Assembly (NCBI GenBank): GCA_964016885.1 | Contig: OZ024746.1 | Coordinates: 25,110,001-25,174,000 of the forward strand | Length of the DNA: 64,000 bases | Source: Eledone cirrhosa | Lineage: Eukaryota | Direction of reading: 5' to 3' | In this document: positions 29,301 through 40,005 of the stretch, one piece after another | Numbering within the stretch: the stretch's first letter is position 1 | Layout of the letters: each line of letters starts with the position of its first letter | Notes under the pieces: generated by a model | What the model was told of the DNA's origin: nothing | Seen by the model: the letters and a program-made list of their open reading frames with translations, nothing else | Databases searched by the model: none | Position numbers and translations under genes: made by a program

Positions 29301-32151
29301 AGGATACAAATTTAAAGATGGCACTGACAAAACCACTGCGTAAACGAGGCCGTCCACGGAAGATACAACCAACACTGGCCAACACTGAAATAGCAGTATC
29401 AAGTGAACTATCTCTGAACAATTCTGTTTGTGAAGAAGATAGAGAACAGCTCTTGAGTCCACCAGAGAACACCACTGAAATTTTATCTGTCATGCCTTCT
29501 GTTAATACTGGAGTCACTGAATTCAGTAAAAGAAACAAAATTAAGAATAAAGAAGACAGTGTGGATAACAATAGCTTGTGTAATGTCTGCGGTGATGTGT
29601 CACATGGAAAACATTATGGTATTGTGTCTTGCTCTAGCTGTCGGTCCTTCTTTTCACACATTACCGATTCCAAAACTAGCAAGAAATTTGATGTATGTAA
29701 TAAGTCATGTGTAATCAACAGTGAGACACGTCGATTCTGTCGGTACTGTTGGCTTCAGAAGTGTCTAGAGGCAGGAATGGTGAGAGGTTCCAGCAGAAGA
29801 GGTCGTCCACCAAAAGTTCGACTACAGACTAACCAAGCTGAAACTGTAACAAGCAATAACAATGAACTTTCCAGCGACCAAACTGAGACAAATAATTCAG
29901 AAACAACACATCCAGTACTCCATAAGGAGTCGGCCCAGAATGAAAGTATTGAGAATAATGACAATAATAATGACCTGTTTATTAACAACAATGATATCAG
30001 TACTGAAAATGATCAAGCTGATAGTATGGATGTGTCATCTGATGTGATGAAAGACAGGGACAATGATGATGATGAGGATGATGAGGAGGAGGAGGAGGAA
30101 GGGGAAATGAATGTGAAAGAAAGGCCTTCAGGAAGTTCAACACAAGCTGCAATATCAGATGCTGAGGAATCTAATGTAACAAACTTAGAAGAAATGTCTA
30201 ACAGTGGTTTAATTTCTCAAGAGAAGATACCATGTCAGATAAATAGAGAGGAGTCAACAGCCATTGATCAATCATCTATAGTTTGTATTAATTTAGATAG
30301 TAATTTAAATAACAGTAACATAAGAACTTCCACTGATTCAGAATCAATGGCTGCTGAAAAAGACTCTGATTCACCTGTAATTATTGAAGGTGTTCTAGAG
30401 CAGAGTGACAACGATAAAAATGATGGTGATAATGGTCAGAATCCTAGTTCAGCTAGCAGTGAAGAATGTTTCTGTAAAGTATGTGGTGATTTGGCCTCAG
30501 GAATTCACTTTGGTGTAGAAACTTGCTGGTCATGTACTATCTTCTTTAAGCAGAGTACCGACTCACGGACAACCAAAAAATACAAGTGTCATAACAAAAA
30601 CTGTTGTGTCACACCTGATAACTATGAACGTTGTTCTTATTGTTGGTTCCAAAAGTGTTTGCTTGTTGGTATGTCGAAGATGTTAATTCCTAGAAATCAA
30701 AGCCAAAAAGGAAAAGGTCAGTTCTTGGAGAACTATGTTTCAAACACAAACCAAAGCATCTCTTCAGGAACCCACCAGGAAAAGAGTGATAAACAATTGC
30801 CTATAGTTGTGACAACTTCAAACATAGTGAGTACATCACACAACACTTTGGTAACAGCCACACCACTGACATCTGTCGCAGCCACCATCAGTAGTACAAA
30901 CACTACAGTTTCTGATGCAACTTGTACAACATATGTTATGTCTCCTTCTAATAGAGAAGTTACTGCAGTTAGTACATTTAATCCTAGAAGTCAAACTGTC
31001 TCAGTAATTACCACAACACCATTAAAGACCAATGCAAACATTAATACTTCCATCACACTTGATACAGTTTCTTTGCAACCAAAATTATCGAGTAATAAAC
31101 AACCTACAGATTCTGTAGACACTGTTCAAAATAATCTTCAAACTTCACCTGTGAAATCTGTGTTAGTTGCTCCCAAGACTAGCTTAAATCAGATGCAGAC
31201 ACCAACTCATACTGAACAGATGTGCAGTATTTGTGATGACACTGCAATTGGTGTTCGCTATGGTGTGCAGACATGTCGTAATTGTTTGTGTTTCTTTCGA
31301 ACAGTACTAAATGGGGGAACCCCAATTGAAAAGGACCATGCAAATGGTAACTGTTATATTAATAAAGCCAATACTAACCGGTGTCGATTCTGTTGGTTCC
31401 AGAAATGTCTTTCAGTTGGAATGAGTGACAAGGTACAGATGAAAAAACAGCAAGGATTAATGGCACCAAGTAGACTGCCAACATCTGGGCAGGATTGTAA
31501 TACCAACAGTCCCAATATATGTGACCAAACCGATCCTGTATCAAGTTCTAGTAGTAGCAGTCCAGACATTATTACCACACTTCCAGCTAATGGTCTGTCT
31601 CTGACAACATCTTCACAAGTACAAATGTTACCAATTACATCCAGTCAATCAGGGTCGACCGGTACTACAACATCTCAGCCAAAGGATCTGAGTCCAAACA
31701 TGAGGACAACAACAAATGAATCCTCATCTGTGACCAGCCATAGTAAAGATGTTGTTAAGTTATGTAAAGTATGTGGTGATGTCTCCTTTGTGTCTCATTA
31801 TGGCATTGCATCTTGTTTAAATTGCAGTGTCTTTTTCCGTCGCAGTTTGGACAAACGATTGCACCGCACATATAAATGTCTCAACAAAGACTGTTTAATT
31901 AGTCGTGCCAGTCGCAGTCGCTGTTATTACTGCTGGTTCCAGAAGTGTTTGGGAGTCGGCATGTCCTACAAGGTTAAGCGTAAAATGCGCCATCAGAAAG
32001 AGAAATCAGTAGATCCAGTGGAAGTATCTCAGTCACCTAAGCACCTATCAACTCCTAATCAGAATGCTGCCAACCAAAATTCCAAGAACAACAGCAGTCA
32101 AAACAATACTCAGTTAATCTCAAGTCACAATAAAAGTCTTGTGACTGATAG
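23395..32151 (+). CDS. Multi-DBD gene, giant exon 2 (8,757 nt; DBD2-DBD10, two AT-hooks, coiled coils, S/T/N-rich linkers)
   Basis: Stop-free 2,930-codon ORF. Acceptor tttattacAG at 23393-94 and donor GTAAGT at 32152, both phase 2. Nine C4-C4 NR zinc-finger units. Confidence 0.93.
23441..24046 (+). other. DBD2 (23441-23641) and DBD3 (23846-24046)
   Basis: P-boxes CPDCKL and CPECEV. DBD2 has His in place of the second D-box Cys (CKQKTH). Confidence 0.9.
25418..26053 (+). other. DBD4 (25418-25624) and DBD5 (25841-26053)
   Basis: P-boxes CPDCRI and CPECKN. Confidence 0.88.
27308..27508 (+). other. DBD6
   Basis: CRVCGDRAPGVLYGVWTCLKCSVFFRQS...CRYCWYQKCLVVGM. Confidence 0.9.
29339..29362 (+). 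other. AT-hook motif RKRGRPRK
   Basis: Canonical RGRP core with basic flanks. Confidence 0.8.
29579..29815 (+). other. DBD7 followed by AT-hook RRGRPPK
   Basis: P-box CSSCRS; short C-x3-C D-box (CNKSC). Confidence 0.88.
30473..31963 (+). other. DBD8 (30473-30673), DBD9 (31223-31423), DBD10 (31763-31963)
   Basis: P-boxes CWSCTI, CRNCLC and CLNCSV. DBD9 has His in place of the first D-box Cys (DHANGNC). Confidence 0.9.
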
Positions 32152-33231
32152 GTAAGTAATAATCTAACATTTTTTCACATTTTCCTTGTGGAGATAGATC
32201 TATCTTTTCTGACTCACTGATTATGTTGTTAGAGCTCACATCAATGTAGGTTTCTTGGGTATTTTAATGATAGGGGCATCAATCCTATTATGTTTTGGTT
32301 GTTATCACTCACACTGCTGTAGGTTTAGGTAATCATTCAGAAGGTTGTATCTGAAAAGAAGTTTCTTGGATATCTTAATGATCAGGGCTCCACCTCCATC
32401 CCACTAGTTCTATCATTGTTACAACTGACACCTATGTAGGTTTAGCTAACCTCCTATGATGCATCTCATAGGAGGTTTCTTTGATGTTTTAATGATAGTA
32501 ATTTAACATATGGTTTTTATATAAAATTATGTTGGAAGATTATAATTTAAATTGGAATCCTTTAAAAAGAGTGGTTGTGTTTCATAGAACAAGAGGTGGT
32601 TGTGGTTAGGTTGGTATCAAAAGAGGTAAGTGACAAAAGATATGATTAATTCTGATTGAAAAGATTTTAATTTGGTGACACGAAAAAAATGAACAATCAG
32701 TCCACTCTGTAAGGTGGTTGTGTTGGTGACACAAGAAAAAAGCACCCAGTTCACTCTGTATTGGTCTCCAAGCCTAACTTATCTCATAATGTGACAACCT
32801 GTCTAACCCATGCAAGCATGGAAAAATAGACATTAAATGATGATGTGTTAGTATAGTTGAATATACATTATTTTCATTACTATTTTGATTGTGGTTGAAA
32901 AGGTTTTTGTATCGCTATGTTAGTTTCATTGTCATCATCATGTATTTTCCATGCTTGTATGGGTTAGATGGGCTGTCATGTTATGAGGCTAGATAGATCA
33001 GACGATTACATCTTGTTCATACGATCTGTTTTTGGTCTGGTTACCTACAATTGGATGCCCTTCCTAATAGAGTGGACTATGTGCTTTTTCTCACGGCTTT
33101 ACCACCCTACCTTGCAGGATGGGTTGAGTTCTTTTATTGTGGCACCAGCTCTTTGATATATATCTTTTTATTGTTATTTTGATTGTAGTTGGAAAGATTT
33201 GAATAAATATTTTTCTCATTTGTATTTCTAG

Positions 33232-33589
33232 TGAGCATGATCAGCTGTCTCGTAGATTCTCTCGACGTAGTGGCAACATACTCTGTAAAGTGTGTGGTGA
33301 CGAGGCCTCTACAGTACATGCAGGGGTACTCACATGTCACCCTTGTCGATCTTTCTTTAAACGAAGTGTAAAGAACAGCATCAACCGGAAGTATTCCTGT
33401 GATGATAAAAACTGCTCTATAACTAAGAACAACAAGAAAAGCTGTGATTACTGCCGCTATCGAAAATGTCTGGCTCTTGGAATGGCCAAAAATACTATGA
33501 AGCACAACAGTCAACCTTTAAAAGATAAAACAGATAGCCAAAAGATGGTTGAGTCTGCTAGCAATGTACAGATTGAATCTGTTAAGAGG
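33232..33589 (+). CDS. Multi-DBD gene exon 3 (DBD11)
   Basis: Acceptor tttctAG (33230-31, phase 2). CKVCGDEASTVHAGVLTCHPCRSFFKRS...CDYCRYRKCLALGM. Donor GTAATG at 33590, phase 0. Confidence 0.88.
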
Positions 33590-33652
33590 GTAATGTATAT
33601 TTTGGTACTCCTTATATATTTTAACAGTTATATAGAACATTATTTTGCAGAG

Positions 33653-33828
33653 GGCAGTATCGGTAGAGGGTCGGACGCCATGCTTTGCAGCAACGAGTTT
33701 CGGCCCTTTATAGTCTGAGTTCAAATCCCGCCGAGGTTAAATTTGCCTTTCATCCTTATGGGGTCGATAAAATAAAGTACCAGTAATGTACTGGGATAAT
33801 TGCTGGCCTTGTGCCAAAAGTAGAAATA
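33653..33828 (+). mobile_element. SINE family A (more copies ~34482-34662, 45290-45498, 50222-50405)
   Basis: TSD attattttgcagag; near-identical to the other copies. Confidence 0.85.
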
Positions 33829-34809
33829 ATTATTTTGCAGAGTTGTTAGAACATAGGGAAAAATGCCTATGTGAACCCAGTTTCGAATAGATACACTGTA
33901 TCTCTATGTTATAAGAGGCAACTAAAAGGGTTTGCATCAGGAAAGACAGTGTGGAAAAATGGACATAAAAACAATGATTGGGATGATCTATCAACATGGA
34001 GGGTATGTGAAGGTTTGACAAGACTGAAGAGTCCTCTCATCCTTTTTAGGCATGGTTTCTAGGTGCTCTTGGTTTCTGGGTGCTCATGGTTTCTGGGTGC
34101 TCTTCAGCAAAACTGAAGAGTCTCCACCCTTTTTCACATGGTTTCTAAGACTGGATGCCCCTCCTAACCCAAACAACTTAACATAGTGTAATGGATGCAT
34201 TTTATCGTAGCACCAATGCTAGTGTTACATTGTGTACTACAAGAGTAGCCTTTTTGATAGTTAGCTACCTGAAACTGCTGCTTGTTCTGATACAAAACTG
34301 GTCATTTTAAAGTGTTGATATTTCATCATAATTTTATGTAATGGAAAAGTTAATTACTTTATGAAAGTCCTCCGAATGTTTCATTATTTTCAGAATTATC
34401 TAGTCAAAACCTGTTGCCACACTGCCGGTAGAATACACACACACACAAACAGCCACAAAAAATAACTATATGTATTCATCAGCGGCAGTATTGGTAGAGG
34501 GTCGGACGCCATGCTTTGACGCATAGAGTTACGGCCCTTGCCATTCTGAGTTCAAATCCCGCCGAGGTTAACTTTGCCTTTCATCCTTACAGGGTCGATA
34601 AAATAAAGTACCAGTAATACACTGGGTAATTGCTGGCCTTGTGCCTAACGTAGAAACAATTATCATTTCCATGTTAGCATGGGTTAGACGGGTTGTCCTA
34701 TTTGAGGCAAGTAAGGTCAGGTGACCATGTCTTGCTCATACAGAACTGTTTCTATGGCTGGATGCCCTTCCTAACGCCAAGTGGTACTTCCATGCTACCT
34801 TCTTTTCAG

Positions 34810-35235
34810 TATTAGTGAGAGCGAGTACTTCATGGACACACATCTCTCCAATGATATCACAGTTTTCCCTGACACATTGTCTCGCAATCCTGAACACTTC
34901 ATACCTTAGGTCCTCACATTGCCGAACATGCTTAAATTTTTTAGTTTCTGCTTCTCTTACAAGGTATACTTGTCATCTAGCTTCTCTCCTAGCCTCCTGG
35001 TCATGTTCTCTACTTCCCCCATCCCGCCATTCTTTCCATGCCTTAACTGTCTCCTCTATCTTACTGTTCTATCACCAAGTCACTCTCCTTCTCTCTAGAG
35101 ACCTGCTCCAACCACAGATTTCGTTTGTTGCCTTCAGTAGGCTCCTCTATATTGTATGTCCCTATTTGCTCTTCCTTACTGTCAAAAGCCTCGTGCAACA
35201 TACCTCTAAATTAGTGAAATTCTTTTTTTAAAGTC
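34810..35235 (-). pseudogene. Degraded RTE-like LINE ORF fragment (other remnants ~21600-22010 on -, ~50950-51330 on +)
   Basis: Reverse complement translates to ..ATNEICGWS..AWKEW..GGSRE..EVFRIARQ..DIIGEMCV, with stops. Confidence 0.55.
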
Positions 35236-35589
35236 TATCATGATCACTTTCATTCTCACATTATAAACACCCATCTCTCTTTCACACACACTCTCTCTCT
35301 CTTGACAACAACTTTTCACTCCCCCTCTTTTCACCTACATATATGTTGTGACAGACAGGCAGAGGGAGAAACAGGTTCTCTTTTATAATATAGATTGAAA
35401 TAAGAGTCCTCACTACTCTATTTAACATGTATAAAACTTATTTTTTTCAGCTCTTGTTTTCTGACCATGTAAAATGGTTGTGTACAGGTGTAACTAAGTT
35501 TGAAGTTGTTTGTAACCTTTTAATAAATTTAAAAATTGTAATTTTATTAATAATGTTCTAATCTGTGGTATTAATCTTTATTTTTATAG

Positions 35590-35918
35590 AACCATTGCAA
35601 AGTCTGCGGCTTAGAAGCATCTGGGATTCATTATGGTGTTTTGACCTGTGGTAACTGTCGAGTGTTTTTCTTCAAGAGCTGTGAACAACAGAGTTTTAAA
35701 AACTATCAGTGTTCTTTGAAAAATTGTAACATATATAGTAATGGTCAAGTGAAGTGCTCCTATTGCCACTACCAAAAGTGTTTGAGGGTTGGTATGTCAA
35801 GAGATTGCATTAAACGAGGAAGACCACGCAAAGTAGATGAGAATATGTCCAAGGAAATGCCAGAACTGAAGAAACAGAAAACTAACAAGAATAACACTAC
35901 TAATAAACCTAAAAATAA
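35590..35918 (+). CDS. Multi-DBD gene exon 4 (DBD12 + AT-hook)
   Basis: Acceptor ttttatAG, phase 0. NHCKVCGLEASGIHYGVLTCGNC...QKCLRVGMSRDCIKRGRPRK. Donor GTAAGT at 35919, phase 2. Confidence 0.88.
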
Positions 35919-36058
35919 GTAAGTTTTATTTACTTTATTTCACTGACAATTTCAAAGTCTAACACAAAATATTAGTTTAGAAAATAAAGTACCAGTAATG
36001 CACTGGGTAATTGCTAGCCTTGTGCCTAAAGTAGAAACAATTATAATTTGTAAGTGAT

Positions 36059-36350
36059 ATAGCTGTCTCAGTGGCCTAGTTGGAGGAATCATAGACCGTG
36101 GTGATCTTGGTCTGAAGTTCGATCCTGGTCGGGTGTAGTGTTCCCGGTAAAACCTTTACAGGGCGGTGAATTGGCAGTATCGGTAGAGGGTCGGACGCCA
36201 TGCTTTGACGCATTGAGTTACGGCCCTTGCCATTCTGAGTTCAAATCCCGCCGAGGTTAACTTTGCCTTTCATCCTTACGGGGTAGATAAAATAAAGTAC
36301 CAGTAATACACTGGGTAATTACTGGCCTTGTGCCAAAAGTAGAAACAATT
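36059..36350 (+). mobile_element. Composite SINE: extra tRNA-like head fused to a family A body
   Basis: 16-bp TSD ataatttgtaagtgat encloses both parts; A-box tggcctagttgg and B-box gttcgatcc in the head. Confidence 0.7.
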
Positions 36351-36526
36351 ATAATTTGTAAGTGATGAATTGGCAGAATCATTTAAGCGTTGGATTAAAA
36401 TACCTGTGTGGCTCTCTGTGTTCTGAATTCAAATCTCACTGACATCAGCCATTGCCTTTCATCCTTTTAAGGTCAATGAATAAAATACCATTCCAATACT
36501 GGGGTTGGTTCTCTCACCTCTCAACT

Positions 36527-36569
<43 letters not shown>

Positions 36570-36920
36570 CATTATCGTTTAACGTCCATCTTCCACGCTT
36601 GCATGGATATATATACATTTAAACAACAACAGAAGGCCGGACTGGAAAATTTGCTTACTAAATTTAATTTCGTGAAAACACTATTCATATTTTGATGGCC
36701 CAGCTTTATCATCCGACTGGAGATAGAAAAAAATAGAAGATAGAAAATTCGATTTGGGGACAGCCTGCCAATATGGTGTTATATTGATATTAGATAGTCC
36801 CTGGTGACCGTTTGCTATCGATTTGGGAAATTTGAACTCCAACCGTTAAGCGCCAGAAATACCACCATGTATTTAGCATTATGTGAAGGCAGGCGACTCT
36901 AAGCTTCTTTAAGTTATCTC

Positions 36921-36960
<40 letters not shown>

Positions 36961-36963
<3 letters not shown>

Positions 36964-37395
36964 GTATAAAATTCCCTTGGGAGCTTTATAAGTATTGAAA
37001 TTTCCGTTGGAAACAGAAAAGGTCATAGAAGTGAAGAGTGCTCTATGTAAGTATCAGAGCAAAATCAATACTTATAAAGCTCCCAAGGGAATTTTATACA
37101 TTAAATTTTGCTCTGATACTTACATAGAGCACTCTTCACTTCTATGACCTTTTCTGTTTCCAACGGAAATTTCAATATTTATAAAGCTCCCAAGGGAATT
37201 TTATACATTAAATTTTGCTCTGATACTTACATAGAGCACTCTTCACTTCTATGACCTTTTCTGTTTCCAACGGAAATTTCAATACTTATAAAGCTCCCAA
37301 GGGAATTTTATACATTAAATTTTGCTCTGATACTTACATAGAGCACTCTTCACTTCTATGACCTTTTCTGTTTCCAACGGAAATTTCAATACTTA
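36961..37395. repeat. One inverted plus three tandem copies of a 107-bp unit between (TA)n tracts
   Basis: Units start at 37066, 37173 and 37280; 36961-37065 is a permuted reverse complement. Confidence 0.85.
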
Positions 37396-37685
37396 TATAT
37401 ATATATATGAAAAAATGGGGAGAAGAATACTGCAGGTTGCACATGGATAACATGTTATAAAATGAGTCCCTCATCAGTGATTTGCCGACGATCATAGATA
37501 TTTCATTGCATTAAAAATCACAATCATAGATATTTCATTGCATTATATCATCATTTCATCATTTCATTTTACGTCCACTTTTCCCTGCTTGCAAGGGTGG
37601 GACTGTGTGTGTCTGATGGTAGCTATGATGCTTCCATAGGCGGTATGCCAGTTGAGCACTCTATGTTCTTACAGAGCAGAGTGTG

Positions 37686-38300
37686 ATATAATATAAAACG
37701 AAAAATCAGTGATGCATCTGAACTAAATTTATTGTGTGTTATTGTTTCGCTGGCAGACAGCTCGAGACACGATTATTGTGTGGATCTGTCTGATTCTGAA
37801 TCTGCAGGTTCGTCGGACACTTCTAATAATTTCGGAATCAATTTTCTCAGGTGAGAAAATTTGATCCGACAAACCTGCAGATCCAGAATCAGACAGATCC
37901 ACACAATGAGAAAATTTGATCCGAAATTATTAGAAGTGTCCGACGAACCTGCAGATCCAGAATCAGACAGATCCACACAATGATCGTGTCTCGAGCTGTC
38001 TGCTGGCGAAACAATTGTAACACACAATAAATTGAGTTCAGATGCATCACTGATTTTTCGTTTTATATTATATATATATATAAAAAGAAAATTTTCGCTC
38101 TACACGGCTGAATACAATAAATGTAATCTGAGTTTTTCGAATATTAATAATAACATTCGATTCGTTTGCAATTATGCAAACAAGAGCAAGAATGAAGAGT
38201 TCATTCTACTGACATGGCTATAAAATTGAGGCTTGTTTGCATAATTGCAAACGAATTGAATGTTATTATTAATATTCGAAAAACTCAGATTACATTTATA
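37686..38300. repeat. Two adjacent fold-back inverted repeats
   Basis: Arms of about 160 bp (37686-38075) and about 65 bp (38118-38298). Confidence 0.85.
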
Positions 38301-38657
38301 TATATATATATATAGAAATAGCCGTCGAAACGGCTTGAGCTCTGCCGTCGGGGACATACTTTTTCTTATATATATATAAATCATCGTCATCATTTAACAT
38401 CCAAGGGTTGGACGGGTTCACATAGATCAAGTCAGTACTGAAGCATGGCTACTGACATCCCAGACAGGCCAAGGGGTCTGTATCCCACTTATATATATAC
38501 TCAATTATTTCCAAAATGATTTGAAACATATAGGCAGTGTTTTTCATTAGAAGTATGGATTTCATTTAAAACATGTGGAAAAGAGATATATTTATATTGA
38601 GTTTCCTCATAATTATTGTATTCTGTTTATATAATCTTCTTTGTTCTTTTTTTTTAG

Positions 38658-38960
38658 CAACTCAGCTGAAAACTCACAGTTGGTGAAGGAAAAACAAAAG
38701 GCTCCTTGTGTTGTTTGTTCTGATGTGTCCAGTGAGATTTACTGTGGGCTGTGGGTTTGCATTAGCTGTCGTAATTTCTTCCAGTACAGTATAGATAATG
38801 AGCGCAACGAGGGCTACAGATGCAAGTACAATAATCACTGCATTGTGAACAAAACTAGTCGGGTGTTATGTCATTACTGCCGCTTCAAAAAATGTCTAAT
38901 TGTTGGCATGATGAAAGAACAAGCTTACCAAGAATACAACAAACGGAAATGTTCTGAAAA
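38658..38960 (+). CDS. Multi-DBD gene exon 5 (DBD13)
   Basis: Acceptor (T)nAG, phase 2. PCVVCSD...CISCRNFF...CHYCRFKKCLIVGM. Donor GTAAGT at 38961, phase 2. Confidence 0.88.
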
Positions 38961-40005
38961 GTAAGTTGTTTAGCCTCTTTGATACCAAGCTGCTTTAAAC
39001 CACTTTTGGTTCTTTAATACAAAACTGTCATGAAGGGTTTCATAATTTAATCATAATCACCAGCTTAATACCGAGAAAGTTATATTACTAAATCACTCCA
39101 AATTCTTGATTATATTCAAAATTATTGGAAAATTATAGGCAGTGTATTTCATTAGAAATATGGTTATGAAAGGGTTATGTGTTTCAATGCTGTATTGTAC
39201 AATAGTATATATCTATGGTTTTTTTTTCCAACATTGTGTGTATGTGTGTATATATATATATACACACACAGATGTAAACCCCTTTTCAATGCAATACTAC
39301 AGAATATATCTATAGATTTTAGCCAACACTATATATAAAATGAATGTCATGTGACAGTCATTTCCAACAAAGCAGAGATGAGGTGATGATAATCATAACC
39401 AGGACTGACTTAGTCAATCTCAGTTGTCCTTAAGCTTCTCAAGGGGCTTCTGTCATCTAGGTCTTCCTGGGTCAGAGGAAAGACAATGGGACTTCTTTAT
39501 ATTTGTGGGTTTGTGTGGTTACCATTGTCTCCTTGTTGAGTACATCCACCCATGTAGACAAATGTTGTTGTTTTTTTGTCATGTTAGGGTGTCCACCTTT
39601 TTCTCACTCTTTATTTTATATTCGTTCTTTGTTTTCAATTTGTTGTTCTATATTAGTATGGAATTAATTAAAGAGCAGGTTTTAGAAGACTCCTCACTTG
39701 CATCAATGTACTGAAAATCCTCCTAGTGCCAGTGTCACAATAAAATACACCCTGTATACTCTGTAAAGTGGTTGGTGATAGGAAAAGCATCCATCTATAG
39801 AAAGCATGTCAAAACTGCAATATATGTAAGCTAAACATGGTCCCCAGCCTGTCTCAGATTACAGTAGCTTTAACTAAGACCTAACTTCATCTGTGATGAC
39901 CCATCTAGCCCATGCCAGCATAATAAAATGAATGTTAAATGATGATGAATGTAAGTATATATGAAAATGATTATGTATACTTTTAATTTAATTTTAATTT
40001 TTCAG

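Noticed and set aside
23551-31578. Antisense and alternate-frame ORFs overlapping exon 2
   Set aside because: Short, low-complexity shadows of the main reading frame.
23363-32155. 2,930-aa ORF as a standalone single-exon gene
   Set aside because: Its TTG start lies in the intron pyrimidine tract and its stop is part of a GTAAGT donor; phases match the flanking DBD exons.
36059-36140. Functional tRNA gene
   Set aside because: A and B boxes are present but there is no convincing cloverleaf; it lies inside a TSD-bounded SINE.
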